NCBI GenBank assembly: GCA_025450725.1 | Contig: JANWLQ010000195.1 | Coordinates: 1 to 37,126 of the forward strand | DNA length: 37,126 nucleotides | From: Terriglobales bacterium | GTDB taxonomy: Bacteria; Acidobacteriota; Terriglobia; Terriglobales; SCQP01 | Direction of reading: 5' to 3' | In this document: piece after piece, positions 1 through 8,227 of the stretch | Numbering within the stretch: position 1 is the stretch's first letter | How the letters are laid out: each line of letters opens with the position of its first letter | The notes under the pieces: generated by a model | Databases searched by the model: none | The model's input: only the letters and a program-made list of their open reading frames with translations | What the model was told of the DNA's origin: nothing | Program-made: the position numbers and the translations under genes

Positions 1-864
1 GACGACGCGACCGACTGGCCGCGCACGCTCGGCAATGCCGACATCGTGGTGGCGCATGAATGGAACCCGGCCTCGCTGTTTCACGCACTGGCGGCGGCGC
101 GCCGCCGCCGCCATTTCCGCCTGCTGCTGCACGACACCCACCACCGCGCCGTGAGCCAGGAGGCGGCCATGGCGCAGTTGCCGCTCGAGGAATGCGACGC
201 GGTGCTCGCCTTCGGCGAGAGCTTGCGCCGGTTGTACGAGCAGCGCGGGATGCGCGCGTTTACCTTGCACGAGGCGGCTGACGCGCGGCGGTTCCATCCG
301 GCCGAGGGCGCGGGAGCGGCGCCGGCGGCCTGGGACATGGTGTGGATTGGCAACTGGGGCGACGGCGAACGCAGCCGGGAGATCACCGAATTTCTGCTTG
401 AACCGGCAGCCGCATTGCGGTTACGCACCCTGGTGCATGGAGTGCGATACCCGGTCTCGGCCCAGGCCGAACTCCTGCGGTGCGGCATTCGCTTCGGCGG
501 CTATCTGCCCAACCTCGAGGCTCCGGCGTTGTACCACGCCTCGCGGCTGGCGGTGCACATCCCGCGGCGGCCCTATGTCGAGCGCCTGCCCGGCATCCCC
601 ACCATTCGCATGTTCGAGGCGCTGGCCTGCGGGGCCACGCTGCTGAGCGGACCGTGGCAGGACACCGAAGGCCTGTTCGCGGCGGGCGCCGACTTCATTT
701 CGGTCCGCAGCAAAGCGGAGATGGCGGCCACGTGCAAGCAACTTCTCGCCGACGAGGGGCAACGAAAGAGGGTGGGTCAGCACGGCGCCGAGACCATCCT
801 CGCCCGCCATACCTGCGATGACCGCGCCCGCGAATTGGAGGACATCTGCCGCAATCTGGATTAG
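1..864 (+). CDS. CgeB-family (DUF3880 / Glyco_trans_1_2-type) glycosyltransferase, paralog 1; 5' end runs off the window
   Basis: Frame 1 is open from base 1 (DDATDWPRTLGNADIVVAHEW...), with stop TAG at 862-864. The C-terminal half (WIGNWGDGERS...GIPTIRMFEALACGATLLSGPWQDTEGLF) is paralogous to the same region of the next two ORFs and resembles CgeB-like GT-B C-terminal domains. Confidence 0.75.
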   Translation, partial: DDATDWPRTLGNADIVVAHEWNPASLFHALAAARRRRHFRLLLHDTHHRAVSQEAAMAQLPLEECDAVLAFGESLRRLYEQRGMRAFTLHEAADARRFHPAEGAGAAPAAWDMVWIGNWGDGERSREITEFLLEPAAALRLRTLVHGVRYPVSAQAELLRCGIRFGGYLPNLEAPALYHASRLAVHIPRRPYVERLPGIPTIRMFEALACGATLLSGPWQDTEGLFAAGADFISVRSKAEMAATCKQLLADEGQRKRVGQHGAETILARHTCDDRARELEDICRNLD

Positions 865-944
865 CCCTTTATGTCTTTGGCTCCAGCCTCAGTTCCGCCT
901 ATTGGAACGGGGCTGCCACTTATTACCGCGGCATATACAAGAAT

Positions 945-1967
945 TTGCACGCGCTCGGCTATCGCATTACATTTGCCGAACCGGACATCTACGACCGGGC
1001 CCGGCACCGCGACTGGCCGGATGGCCAGGACCCCGAATACGCCCAATGCCCGATGTACCACAGCCGGGAGGAGCTGGACTGGCACCTGCGCCGGGCGCGG
1101 CAGGCCGATCTGATTATCAAGCACAGCGGTATCGGCTCCGAAGACGACTACATCGCCGCGGCGGTGCTGGACGCAGCCGCCGCCGCGCCGGCCCAGCGTC
1201 GGCCCCGGGTCGCGTTCTGGGATGTGGATGCGCCGCACACATTGAGCCAGATTCATGCCGACCGGGCGCATCCGATGCGGGCGCTGCTGCCCAGCTACGA
1301 TTATGTGCTCACCTATGGCGGCGGGCCGGTGGTGAGCGCGGCGTATCTCGCCTTGGGGGCGCGGCAGTGCTTCCCGATTTACAACGGTCTTGATCCGGAC
1401 ACCCACTTCCCTGTCGCGAGCGAATTGCGCTTTGCCTCGGATCTGACGTTTCTGGGACATCGGCTTCCCGACCGCGAGCACCGGGTGAATCATTTCTTCC
1501 TCGATGCGGCGCGGCTGGCGCCCTCGCGCCGCTTCTTGTTGGCGGGAGAAGGCTGGCAGGGCATTCGGCACCCGGCCAACGTAACCCTGGGCGGGTTTAT
1601 TTCTCCGCGGCAACACAACGCGCTGAACGCCTCGGCGCGCTTTGTGTTGAACCTAAACCGCGACTCGATGGCGGAGGTAGGTTTTTCGCCGCCGACCCGG
1701 ATTTTCGAAGCGGCGGGGGCGGGGGCGGCGATGATCAGCGACGCCTGGGCGGGGATCGAGTTGTTTTTCGAGCCGGGGCGGGAAATCCTGCTGGCCACCT
1801 CGGCCGAGAGCGTGGCCAGCTACCTGGACGAAGTCTCGCCCGAAGCCGCCGCCCGCCTCGGCCAACGGGCCTACCAACGCGCACTTGCCGAGCACACCTA
1901 TGCCCGGCGGGCGCGCCGTCTCGACCGCCTTCTGCACTGCGCACAAGCCACCGCGCTCGCCGCTTAA
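945..1967 (+). CDS. CgeB-family glycosyltransferase, paralog 2. The 945 TTG start from the track is probably too short, because conserved N-terminal sequence continues upstream to about 861-864.
   Basis: C-terminal motif SPPTRIFEAAGAGAAMISDAWAGIELFFEPGREILLA. The same frame upstream of 945 reads ALYVFGSSLSSAYWNGAATYYRGIYKN, which aligns with the N-terminus of paralog 3 (MNLCFFGLSLTSSWGNGHATTYRG). There is no ATG/GTG/TTG between the in-frame TGA at 819-821 and 945. Confidence 0.8.
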   Translation: MHALGYRITFAEPDIYDRARHRDWPDGQDPEYAQCPMYHSREELDWHLRRARQADLIIKHSGIGSEDDYIAAAVLDAAAAAPAQRRPRVAFWDVDAPHTLSQIHADRAHPMRALLPSYDYVLTYGGGPVVSAAYLALGARQCFPIYNGLDPDTHFPVASELRFASDLTFLGHRLPDREHRVNHFFLDAARLAPSRRFLLAGEGWQGIRHPANVTLGGFISPRQHNALNASARFVLNLNRDSMAEVGFSPPTRIFEAAGAGAAMISDAWAGIELFFEPGREILLATSAESVASYLDEVSPEAAARLGQRAYQRALAEHTYARRARRLDRLLHCAQATALAA

Positions 1968-1970
1968 CCT

Positions 1971-3044
1971 ATGAACCTTTGCTTCTTCGGACTTTCGCTG
2001 ACCTCCTCATGGGGTAATGGCCACGCCACCACCTACCGGGGCCTGCTGGCCGCGCTGCGGCGGCTTGGGCACGAGATTGATTTTTTCGAACGCGATGTCG
2101 AGTGGTATGCCGCGCGGCGCGATCTGCCGCAGCCTCCGCAAGCGCGCCTGCATCTCTATCGCGACTGGAGTGAGGTCGAGGAAAGAGCTCTCGCCACCGC
2201 GCAAGCTTCCGACGCGGTGGTGGTGGGGAGCTACTTCCCGGACGCGGTTGCGCTGCTGGACGAGTTGCTGCCGCACCACTCGCCTCCGGTTTGTTTTTAC
2301 GATATTGATACTCCCATTACGCTCGACGACCTGCGTCGCCAAAGGTGCAGGTACTTGCGCGCCGAGCATCTTCCCGAGTTCGATCTTTACCTCAGCTTTA
2401 CCGGAGGGCCGGTGCTGGAGGAACTGCGATCCACTTGGAAAGCGCGACGGGTGCGGACGCTGTATTGCGCCTGCGACGAGCTAAGTTATTTGCGCCCGGC
2501 GCGCCGGCCCGCGTGGGCCCAGGCGCCGGCGAAGCTCAGCTTCATGGGAACCTATGCGCCCGACCGCCAGGCGAAACTACAAACGTTGTTCCTGGAACCG
2601 GCGCGGATGCTGCCGCAGCATAGTTTCGCCATGGCCGGATCGATGTATCCGGCGCCCTGCCACTGGCCGGTGAACGTCCGCTATCAATCGCACGTGGCTC
2701 CCGAGAGCCACGCGGTTTTCTATGCCGGTTCCGAATACACACTCAACTTAACCCGTCAGGCGATGGTGGAGGCCGGCTATTCACCTTCGATCCGTCTGTT
2801 TGAAGCGGCGAGTTGCGGAACGGCGATCATTTCCGATCCGTGGCCGGGGCTGGATGAGTTCTTCGAGCCCGGCGCTGAGATCCTGGTAGCCAACGACAGT
2901 CACGCGGTGGTAGACATCCTCTCACACACAACCGCCGGCGACGCCGCACGCATTGGAAAGGCGGCGCGCCAACGTGTGCTCGATGGCCATACGAGCGGCC
3001 ATCGCGCGGTTTCGCTGCTTGGCTATTTTGATGAAATTGCGTAG
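1971..3044 (+). CDS. CgeB-family glycosyltransferase, paralog 3
   Basis: The ATG lies 3 nt after the paralog 2 stop. N-terminal FFGLSLTSSWGNGHATTYRG and C-terminal SPSIRLFEAASCGTAIISDPWPGLDEFFEPGAEILVA are both shared with paralog 2. Confidence 0.85.
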   Translation: MNLCFFGLSLTSSWGNGHATTYRGLLAALRRLGHEIDFFERDVEWYAARRDLPQPPQARLHLYRDWSEVEERALATAQASDAVVVGSYFPDAVALLDELLPHHSPPVCFYDIDTPITLDDLRRQRCRYLRAEHLPEFDLYLSFTGGPVLEELRSTWKARRVRTLYCACDELSYLRPARRPAWAQAPAKLSFMGTYAPDRQAKLQTLFLEPARMLPQHSFAMAGSMYPAPCHWPVNVRYQSHVAPESHAVFYAGSEYTLNLTRQAMVEAGYSPSIRLFEAASCGTAIISDPWPGLDEFFEPGAEILVANDSHAVVDILSHTTAGDAARIGKAARQRVLDGHTSGHRAVSLLGYFDEIA

Positions 3045-3070
3045 ATTTTCAGTCACAAGAAAATCATTTT
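3044..3070 (+). terminator. Weak AT-rich hairpin plus short T-run directly after the glycosyltransferase array
   Basis: GATTTTC (3044-3050), 8-nt loop, GAAAATC (3059-3065), followed by ATTTT. The stem is only 7 bp and AT-rich. Confidence 0.35.
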
Positions 3071-3121
3071 CCCGCGAACTATCCGCAGCCGCCATCGCCG
3101 CATCAATTAAAAATAGTAAAT

Positions 3122-3145
3122 GCCGTAAACGGCGTTTTCATTTTT
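3122..3145 (+). terminator. Second weak hairpin plus T-tract in the AT-rich spacer
   Basis: GCCG-TAAA-CGGC followed by GTTTTCATTTTT. The stem is very short. Confidence 0.3.
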
Positions 3146-3162
3146 GAGAAGGCGGCGGAATC

Positions 3163-4188
3163 ATGGCAGCTTTGCAGGGTGTATTGAGGGGCGGAGTAGG
3201 CTTTTGGGGGGTTTTTGGTGCGGTCGGATTGCTCTGCATCGGACTGGGCTCGCAGGTAAGACAGCAAACGATGAGCCAGCGCCAACTCGACGGAGTGGTT
3301 GAGGGCAGCAATGGCGCCCCGGTGGGAGGCGCGGTGGTCGAACTGAGGGAATGGTCGGGGGGCACCTTGGCCAGCGCCGTAACCGGCGCCGATGGACGGT
3401 TCACCTTTGCGGTCGGAGACTCCGGCCATTATCAGCTTCAGCTTGACGCCGGCGGGGCGACCAGTACAACGGACGTGGACGGTTTGACCGCCCATAGCCT
3501 GACGTTGCATACCAACAGCGATGCCGCGCCGTCGCCCGCGGCCCCCACGGCCCCCACCGTGTCGTTGAATGATCTCGAGGCGTCGGGCCGGGCCAAGTCG
3601 AAATTCAATGAGGCTCAAAAGGCGATCAAGAAATCAGATTTCAGCAAGGCCTGGGGCCTGGTGAATCAGGCTATTTCCGCCGCTCCCAATTGGGGGCGAG
3701 CTTACCTACTGCGGGGCGTATTAAGTATGCAGTTCCACAACTACGCGCCCGCCAAGAGGGATTTTGATATTGCCGTCGAACGTGATCCCAAAAACGCGTT
3801 GGCACTCACCGAATTGGGCAAGCTCTATTCGACGACCGGCGACTTTGCGCTTTCGGATCTTTACCTGCGTCGCGCATTGCAGATTGAACCGGTGCTCTGG
3901 CCCACCCACTTCGAGTTGGCCGATCTCGATCTTCGGCGTGGAAAATACTCCGAGGCGTACACGATGGCCGAGGCGGCTGCCAACGATACGCCCGCGGGAC
4001 CAAGCGGGGTGCATTACATTGCCGCCGAAGCCGCGTTTAACTTGCAGCGCTGGGCTGAGGCAAAGGCCGAATACGAGACGTTTATCGCTCAAGCGGGCAA
4101 GACTTTGACGTTGGCGCCAGCGGTCACGGCGGCGCAGCGGCAGTTAACCAAAATACCAGTCGCGGCAGTCGCCCCAAATCACCCTTGA
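3163..4188 (+). CDS. Membrane-anchored or secreted protein with a carboxypeptidase-regulatory-like domain and TPR repeats
   Basis: N-terminal hydrophobic segment (GFWGVFGAVGLLCIGLG). GVVEGSNGAPVGGAVVELRE...VTGADGRFTF is typical of CarboxypepD_reg beta-sandwiches. The C-terminal half has repeated TPR-like A..Y..RG/AL..DP.. units. Confidence 0.7.
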   Translation: MAALQGVLRGGVGFWGVFGAVGLLCIGLGSQVRQQTMSQRQLDGVVEGSNGAPVGGAVVELREWSGGTLASAVTGADGRFTFAVGDSGHYQLQLDAGGATSTTDVDGLTAHSLTLHTNSDAAPSPAAPTAPTVSLNDLEASGRAKSKFNEAQKAIKKSDFSKAWGLVNQAISAAPNWGRAYLLRGVLSMQFHNYAPAKRDFDIAVERDPKNALALTELGKLYSTTGDFALSDLYLRRALQIEPVLWPTHFELADLDLRRGKYSEAYTMAEAAANDTPAGPSGVHYIAAEAAFNLQRWAEAKAEYETFIAQAGKTLTLAPAVTAAQRQLTKIPVAAVAPNHP

Positions 4189-4219
4189 AGAAAGCGCCGG
4201 GAAGCGTCACACTCCGAGG

Positions 4220-4954
4220 GTGCAACCCACCTCGAAGCTGATTGGGGTTATCCCGTCGCGCATGGGGGCAACTCGGCTGCCGGGAAAGCCGCTGCGCACC
4301 ATTGCCGGAGTGCCCATGATCGAACGCGTTTACCGGGGCGCGGTCGAGTGCCGCGAGTTGGACCGGGTAATCGTCGCCACCGATTCACCCGAGATCGTTG
4401 ATTTTTGTCGTGGCAAGAGCATACCCGTTCACATGACCCGGGCCGACCATGCGTCGGGCACCGACCGCGTCTGGCAGGTAGTTGAGGAACTCGGCGCCGA
4501 AGCGGCGGTCAACATACAGGGTGACGAGCCAATGGTGCGGGGCGCCATGCTGAGCGCGCTCATCGCAGCGCTGTTTTCCTCCTCCGAAGTCGAGGTCGCC
4601 TCGCTGTACACGGCGGCCGAGCCGGAGGAAGTTCCGCTCCCCAGCGTCTGTAAGGTGGTGATGGATGCCCGCCAGCGCGCTCTCTATTTCTCGCGGGCGG
4701 CGATTCCGTTCCCGCGCGAAGGCTCGCCCCGATATTCAAAACACCTCGGATACTACGCGTATTCGCGGCAGGCGCTGGCCAGCTTTCACGCCTGGGCCCC
4801 TTCGGAACTAGAGTCGGTTGAGCGGCTGGAGCAGTTGCGGTTTCTCGATCACGGCGTCGGCATTCAGATGGCAGAGACGCCGTTTAACACGGTCGGAATT
4901 GACACCGCCGCGGACCTGGCGCAAGTGGAATTACTGTTCGCGGCGAACGGCTAA
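4220..4954 (+). CDS. kdsB: 3-deoxy-manno-octulosonate cytidylyltransferase (CMP-Kdo synthetase)
   Basis: GTG start. IGVIPSRMGATRLPGKPL nucleotide-binding N-terminus, NIQGDEPMV motif, and a length of about 244 aa. Confidence 0.85.
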   Translation: MQPTSKLIGVIPSRMGATRLPGKPLRTIAGVPMIERVYRGAVECRELDRVIVATDSPEIVDFCRGKSIPVHMTRADHASGTDRVWQVVEELGAEAAVNIQGDEPMVRGAMLSALIAALFSSSEVEVASLYTAAEPEEVPLPSVCKVVMDARQRALYFSRAAIPFPREGSPRYSKHLGYYAYSRQALASFHAWAPSELESVERLEQLRFLDHGVGIQMAETPFNTVGIDTAADLAQVELLFAANG

Positions 4955-6172
4955 AACGGCGTTGAGCCCGCCGAATGCGAACGAGTTGCTGAGGGCGGCG
5001 CGAATCTCGCGCGGACGCGCCTGGTTGGGGGTCACGTCCAAATCGCATTCCGGGTCGGGTTTGGAGTAGTTGGCGGTGGGGGGTACGACTTGGTGGCGCA
5101 GGGCGAGCACGGTGACGGCAAGCTCGATTGCGCCGCTCGCGCCCATGGCGTGGCCATGCATGGATTTGGTGGAGCTGATCGACAACTTTTCTGCCGCCGG
5201 GCCGAAAGCTTTTCGAATGGCGGCGATCTCGGTGGAATCGTTGAGCCTGGTGCCGGTGCCGTGGGCGTTGATGTAGTCCACCTCGCCGGGAGCGAGTCCA
5301 GCGGCGCGCAGGGCGATGGCCATGGCCTCGGAGGCGCCATCCACGGATGGTTGGGTAATGTGGCCGGCGTCGGCGGTAGCGCCGTAGCCGGCCAACTCGG
5401 CCAGTACGCGGGCACCGCGGCGGCGGGCGGTGGCTTCGGATTCGAGCACGAACATGGCCGCGCCCTCGGCCAACACGAGTCCGGTGCGGTCGAGGCTAAA
5501 GGGGCGGCAGGCTTGCGACGCGTCGGCGCCGGCCACGGCCAGCACGCGCATCGCTTCCCAGGCCTTAATGACGCCAAACGTCAGGGGCGCGTCGCTGCCA
5601 CCGGCAATCACCATATCGGCGGCGCCGCTACGGATCAATCCCCATGCCTCGCCCAAGGCATGGGTGGCCGAGGCGCAGGCGGTAGAGACGGTGAAGCTTG
5701 GTCCGCGGGCTCCGATGGCCATGCCGATTTGGCTGGTGCCGGCGCTGTACATGGAACGAGGTATCAGAAAAGGGTGAACGCGGTTTGCGTTTTCGCCGTA
5801 GATGGCGCGGAAGCCCTCGTCCTGGGTGCAGATGCCGCCCATGCCGGTACCGGTAAGAACTCCGACCCGCTCGGGTGCGTAGGGGGCACCGCCATGGAAG
5901 GTCAAAGGCAGGCTGGCATCGGTCAGCGCGCGGCGGGCGCACAGCACCGCCATTTGCGCGAAGCGGTCGAGCAGGTCAATTTCCTTGCCGAAATGGCTGG
6001 CCAGGTCAAAGTCGCGAATTTCGCCGGCGACGCCCGTCGTCAGGCGGTCGGATTGGACTCGCGTCAACGGCTTGAGGCCGCTGCGCCCGGCGGCGAGATT
6101 ATTCCAGAGCGAAACCGCGTCGGTGCCGCTGGCGGAAAGCACACCGAAGCCGGTGATCACGACCTTGTTCAT
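4931..6172 (-). CDS. Beta-ketoacyl-ACP synthase II family (FabF/NodE-like) condensing enzyme
   Basis: 413 aa. Active-site Cys in STACASATHALGEAW, His motifs INAHGTGT and KSMHGHAMGASG, and N-terminal VVITGFGVLSASG. Confidence 0.85.
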   Translation of the reverse strand: MNKVVITGFGVLSASGTDAVSLWNNLAAGRSGLKPLTRVQSDRLTTGVAGEIRDFDLASHFGKEIDLLDRFAQMAVLCARRALTDASLPLTFHGGAPYAPERVGVLTGTGMGGICTQDEGFRAIYGENANRVHPFLIPRSMYSAGTSQIGMAIGARGPSFTVSTACASATHALGEAWGLIRSGAADMVIAGGSDAPLTFGVIKAWEAMRVLAVAGADASQACRPFSLDRTGLVLAEGAAMFVLESEATARRRGARVLAELAGYGATADAGHITQPSVDGASEAMAIALRAAGLAPGEVDYINAHGTGTRLNDSTEIAAIRKAFGPAAEKLSISSTKSMHGHAMGASGAIELAVTVLALRHQVVPPTANYSKPDPECDLDVTPNQARPREIRAALSNSFAFGGLNAVLAVRREQ

Positions 6173-6187
6173 CGCGAAAACAGTTTA

Positions 6188-6445
6188 TCAGGCGGGTGAA
6201 GGCGAAGCCGCGCTCAACTGCTTGCGCAAGGCATCAATCACCTGGCGCACGCTCTTCATCTCGCGGGCGACGTCGTCGGGGATGGTGAGGTTGTACTTCT
6301 CCTCCAGCGCGAAGACAATGTTGACGCCGTCGAGGGAATCAATCTTGAGCTCTTCAAAGCTGGATTCGGGCGAAATGGACTCCACCGGCAAGCGCTGCTC
6401 GCGCGCGATGACGGCGATCACTTCCTGGGTCAATTCGTCAGGCAC
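6188..6445 (-). CDS. Acyl carrier protein (dedicated ACP directly upstream of the ketosynthase)
   Basis: 85 aa with a GTG start. Phosphopantetheine attachment motif KIDSLDGVNIVFALEE. It ends 15 nt upstream of the KAS gene. Confidence 0.8.
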   Translation of the reverse strand: MPDELTQEVIAVIAREQRLPVESISPESSFEELKIDSLDGVNIVFALEEKYNLTIPDDVAREMKSVRQVIDALRKQLSAASPSPA

Positions 6446-6481
6446 AAGCCATAATGATACATCAAGCCCCCACCGATTCTC

Positions 6482-8227
6482 ATGGACAATCGTGACATCG
6501 CCCGCCGCTTGCGTGAAACCGCCGACTTAATGGAGGTCGCCGGGGAGGACAGCTTCCGCATTCGCAGCTACCGCAAGGCCGCCGACGCGATTGACGCGGC
6601 CACCGTTCCGCTGGCTTCCCTCTGCGACGATCCGCGGCGGCTGCTCGAACTGCCCGGCATCGGCAAGACCATGTGCGGCCACATTGTCGAACTGGTCGGC
6701 TCCGGCCAACTGGGACTGCATCAGGAGCTGTTGGCGCGGTTTCGCCCCGGCATGCTCGAGCTGCTGCAGGTCTCGGGGCTGGGGCCAAAGACAGTGGCAC
6801 TCATTTGGCAGACCTACAACGCCGGAAGCCTTGACGAAGTCGAGGCGCTGGCCAAGGCGGGCAAGCTGCGTGAGCTGCCGCGGATGGGGGCCAAGGCGGA
6901 GGAAAAGATATTGCGGGGCATCGCCGTGCACAGGGAGTTGAGCGGACGCTACCGGCGCGACCAGATTGCCGCCGTCATCGAGCTGCTCCGTCCCGTACTG
7001 AGCGGCGCTCCGGGCGTGACACAACTCGCGTTTGCCGGGTCGTATCGGCGGGGGAAAGACACGGTGGGCGACCTCGACATCATCGCCTCGGGTCCGGGAT
7101 TTCCGCAGCAGGGCGCCGGCGTCGTTGCCGCTTTTCTCGCCGCGCCCCGGGTGGACACGGTTCTGGCCCAGGGTGAGAACAAGGTCTCGCTCCGGCTGCA
7201 GGGTGATGGATTGCAAGTGGATCTGCGGCTGCTGCCGCCGGAGAGCTTCGGCGCGGCGCTGCAGTATTTCACCGGCTCGAAACAACACAATATTCATCTT
7301 CGTTCCCGGGCGCAGCAGCTCGGCCTGAAGCTAAACGAATATGGACTGTTGCGCGACAGCGACGGCGTCATGATTGCCGGCGCCACGGAGGAGGATGTTT
7401 ACAGCGCGCTGGGGCTCGATTACATTGCCGCCGAGCTGCGCGAGGATGCCGGCGAAATCGAAGCCGCCGCGAGCCATTCCCTTCCCCATCTGATCACGCA
7501 GGCGGATATTCGCGGCGACGTGCATATGCACACGACGGCGAGCGATGGGCGGGCGTCCATTCTCGAAATGGCGGCGGCCGCCGCCGATCGCGGCTACCAG
7601 TACATCTGCATTACCGATCACTCGCAGGCGCTCGCCATGGCCAGCGGCCTCGACGAGCGGCGGATGCTCGAGCACCTGGCCGCCATCCGGCGCGATGAGA
7701 AAGAGTTTCAGGCGTCGCATCCGGGCTTCCGCGTTTTTGCCGGCATCGAAGTTGACATTCTTTCGGACGGGCGGCTCGACATGGCGGACGAGGTTTTAGC
7801 CCAACTCGATCTTGTGATCGGCAGCATTCACAGCCGTTTTGACCAGAGCAGTGAAGACACCACGGCCCGGATCCTGCGCGCCGTGGGCAATCCCCACCTC
7901 GACCTGCTCGGGCATCCCAATGGACGATTGCTGCTGCGGCGCGAACCGTACCAGTACGATTTCGAGCGCATTCTCGATGCCTGCCAGGCGGCGGGCGTGG
8001 CGATGGAGATCAACGCGTCGCCGGAACGGCTCGATCTTAACGATGTGCAGGCGCGGCGCTGCCGCGAGCGCGGTATTCCGATTGTGATCAATACCGACGC
8101 CCACCATCCGCGGCACCTCGACAATATCGGCTACGGCATTGCCACCGCGCGACGGGCATGGCTTGAGGCGCACGACGTACTGAATACGCTGCCGGCCGAA
8201 CTGTTCCTATCGCGGCTGCGCCAGTAA
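6482..8227 (+). CDS. polX: Family X DNA polymerase with C-terminal PHP domain (PolX)
   Basis: N-terminal DIARRLRETADLMEVAGEDSFRIRSYRKAA (8-kDa/HhH region), nucleotidyltransferase GSYRRGKDTVGDLDII, and PHP motif GDVHMHTTASDG...ITDHS. Confidence 0.9.
   Translation: MDNRDIARRLRETADLMEVAGEDSFRIRSYRKAADAIDAATVPLASLCDDPRRLLELPGIGKTMCGHIVELVGSGQLGLHQELLARFRPGMLELLQVSGLGPKTVALIWQTYNAGSLDEVEALAKAGKLRELPRMGAKAEEKILRGIAVHRELSGRYRRDQIAAVIELLRPVLSGAPGVTQLAFAGSYRRGKDTVGDLDIIASGPGFPQQGAGVVAAFLAAPRVDTVLAQGENKVSLRLQGDGLQVDLRLLPPESFGAALQYFTGSKQHNIHLRSRAQQLGLKLNEYGLLRDSDGVMIAGATEEDVYSALGLDYIAAELREDAGEIEAAASHSLPHLITQADIRGDVHMHTTASDGRASILEMAAAAADRGYQYICITDHSQALAMASGLDERRMLEHLAAIRRDEKEFQASHPGFRVFAGIEVDILSDGRLDMADEVLAQLDLVIGSIHSRFDQSSEDTTARILRAVGNPHLDLLGHPNGRLLLRREPYQYDFERILDACQAAGVAMEINASPERLDLNDVQARRCRERGIPIVINTDAHHPRHLDNIGYGIATARRAWLEAHDVLNTLPAELFLSRLRQ

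Noticed and set aside
846-870. Programmed -1 frameshift fusing glycosyltransferase paralogs 1 and 2
   Set aside because: There is no slippery X XXY YYZ heptamer at AAT CTG GAT TAG and no downstream structure. Paralog 2 also begins with its own complete N-terminal motif, so two separate proteins are more plausible.
3797-3826. TTGGCACTC followed 9 nt later by GGCAAGCTC, vaguely like a CIRCE half-site
   Set aside because: The second half is not the inverted complement, and the site is inside the TPR coding region on the wrong strand relative to the heat-shock genes.
5090-6199. 369-aa plus-strand ORF antisense to the ketosynthase gene, plus smaller ORFs in the same region
   Set aside because: The translation is low-complexity and Gly/Ala/Arg-rich with no motifs. 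The opposite strand encodes a complete, motif-bearing KAS II. This is a typical GC-driven shadow ORF.
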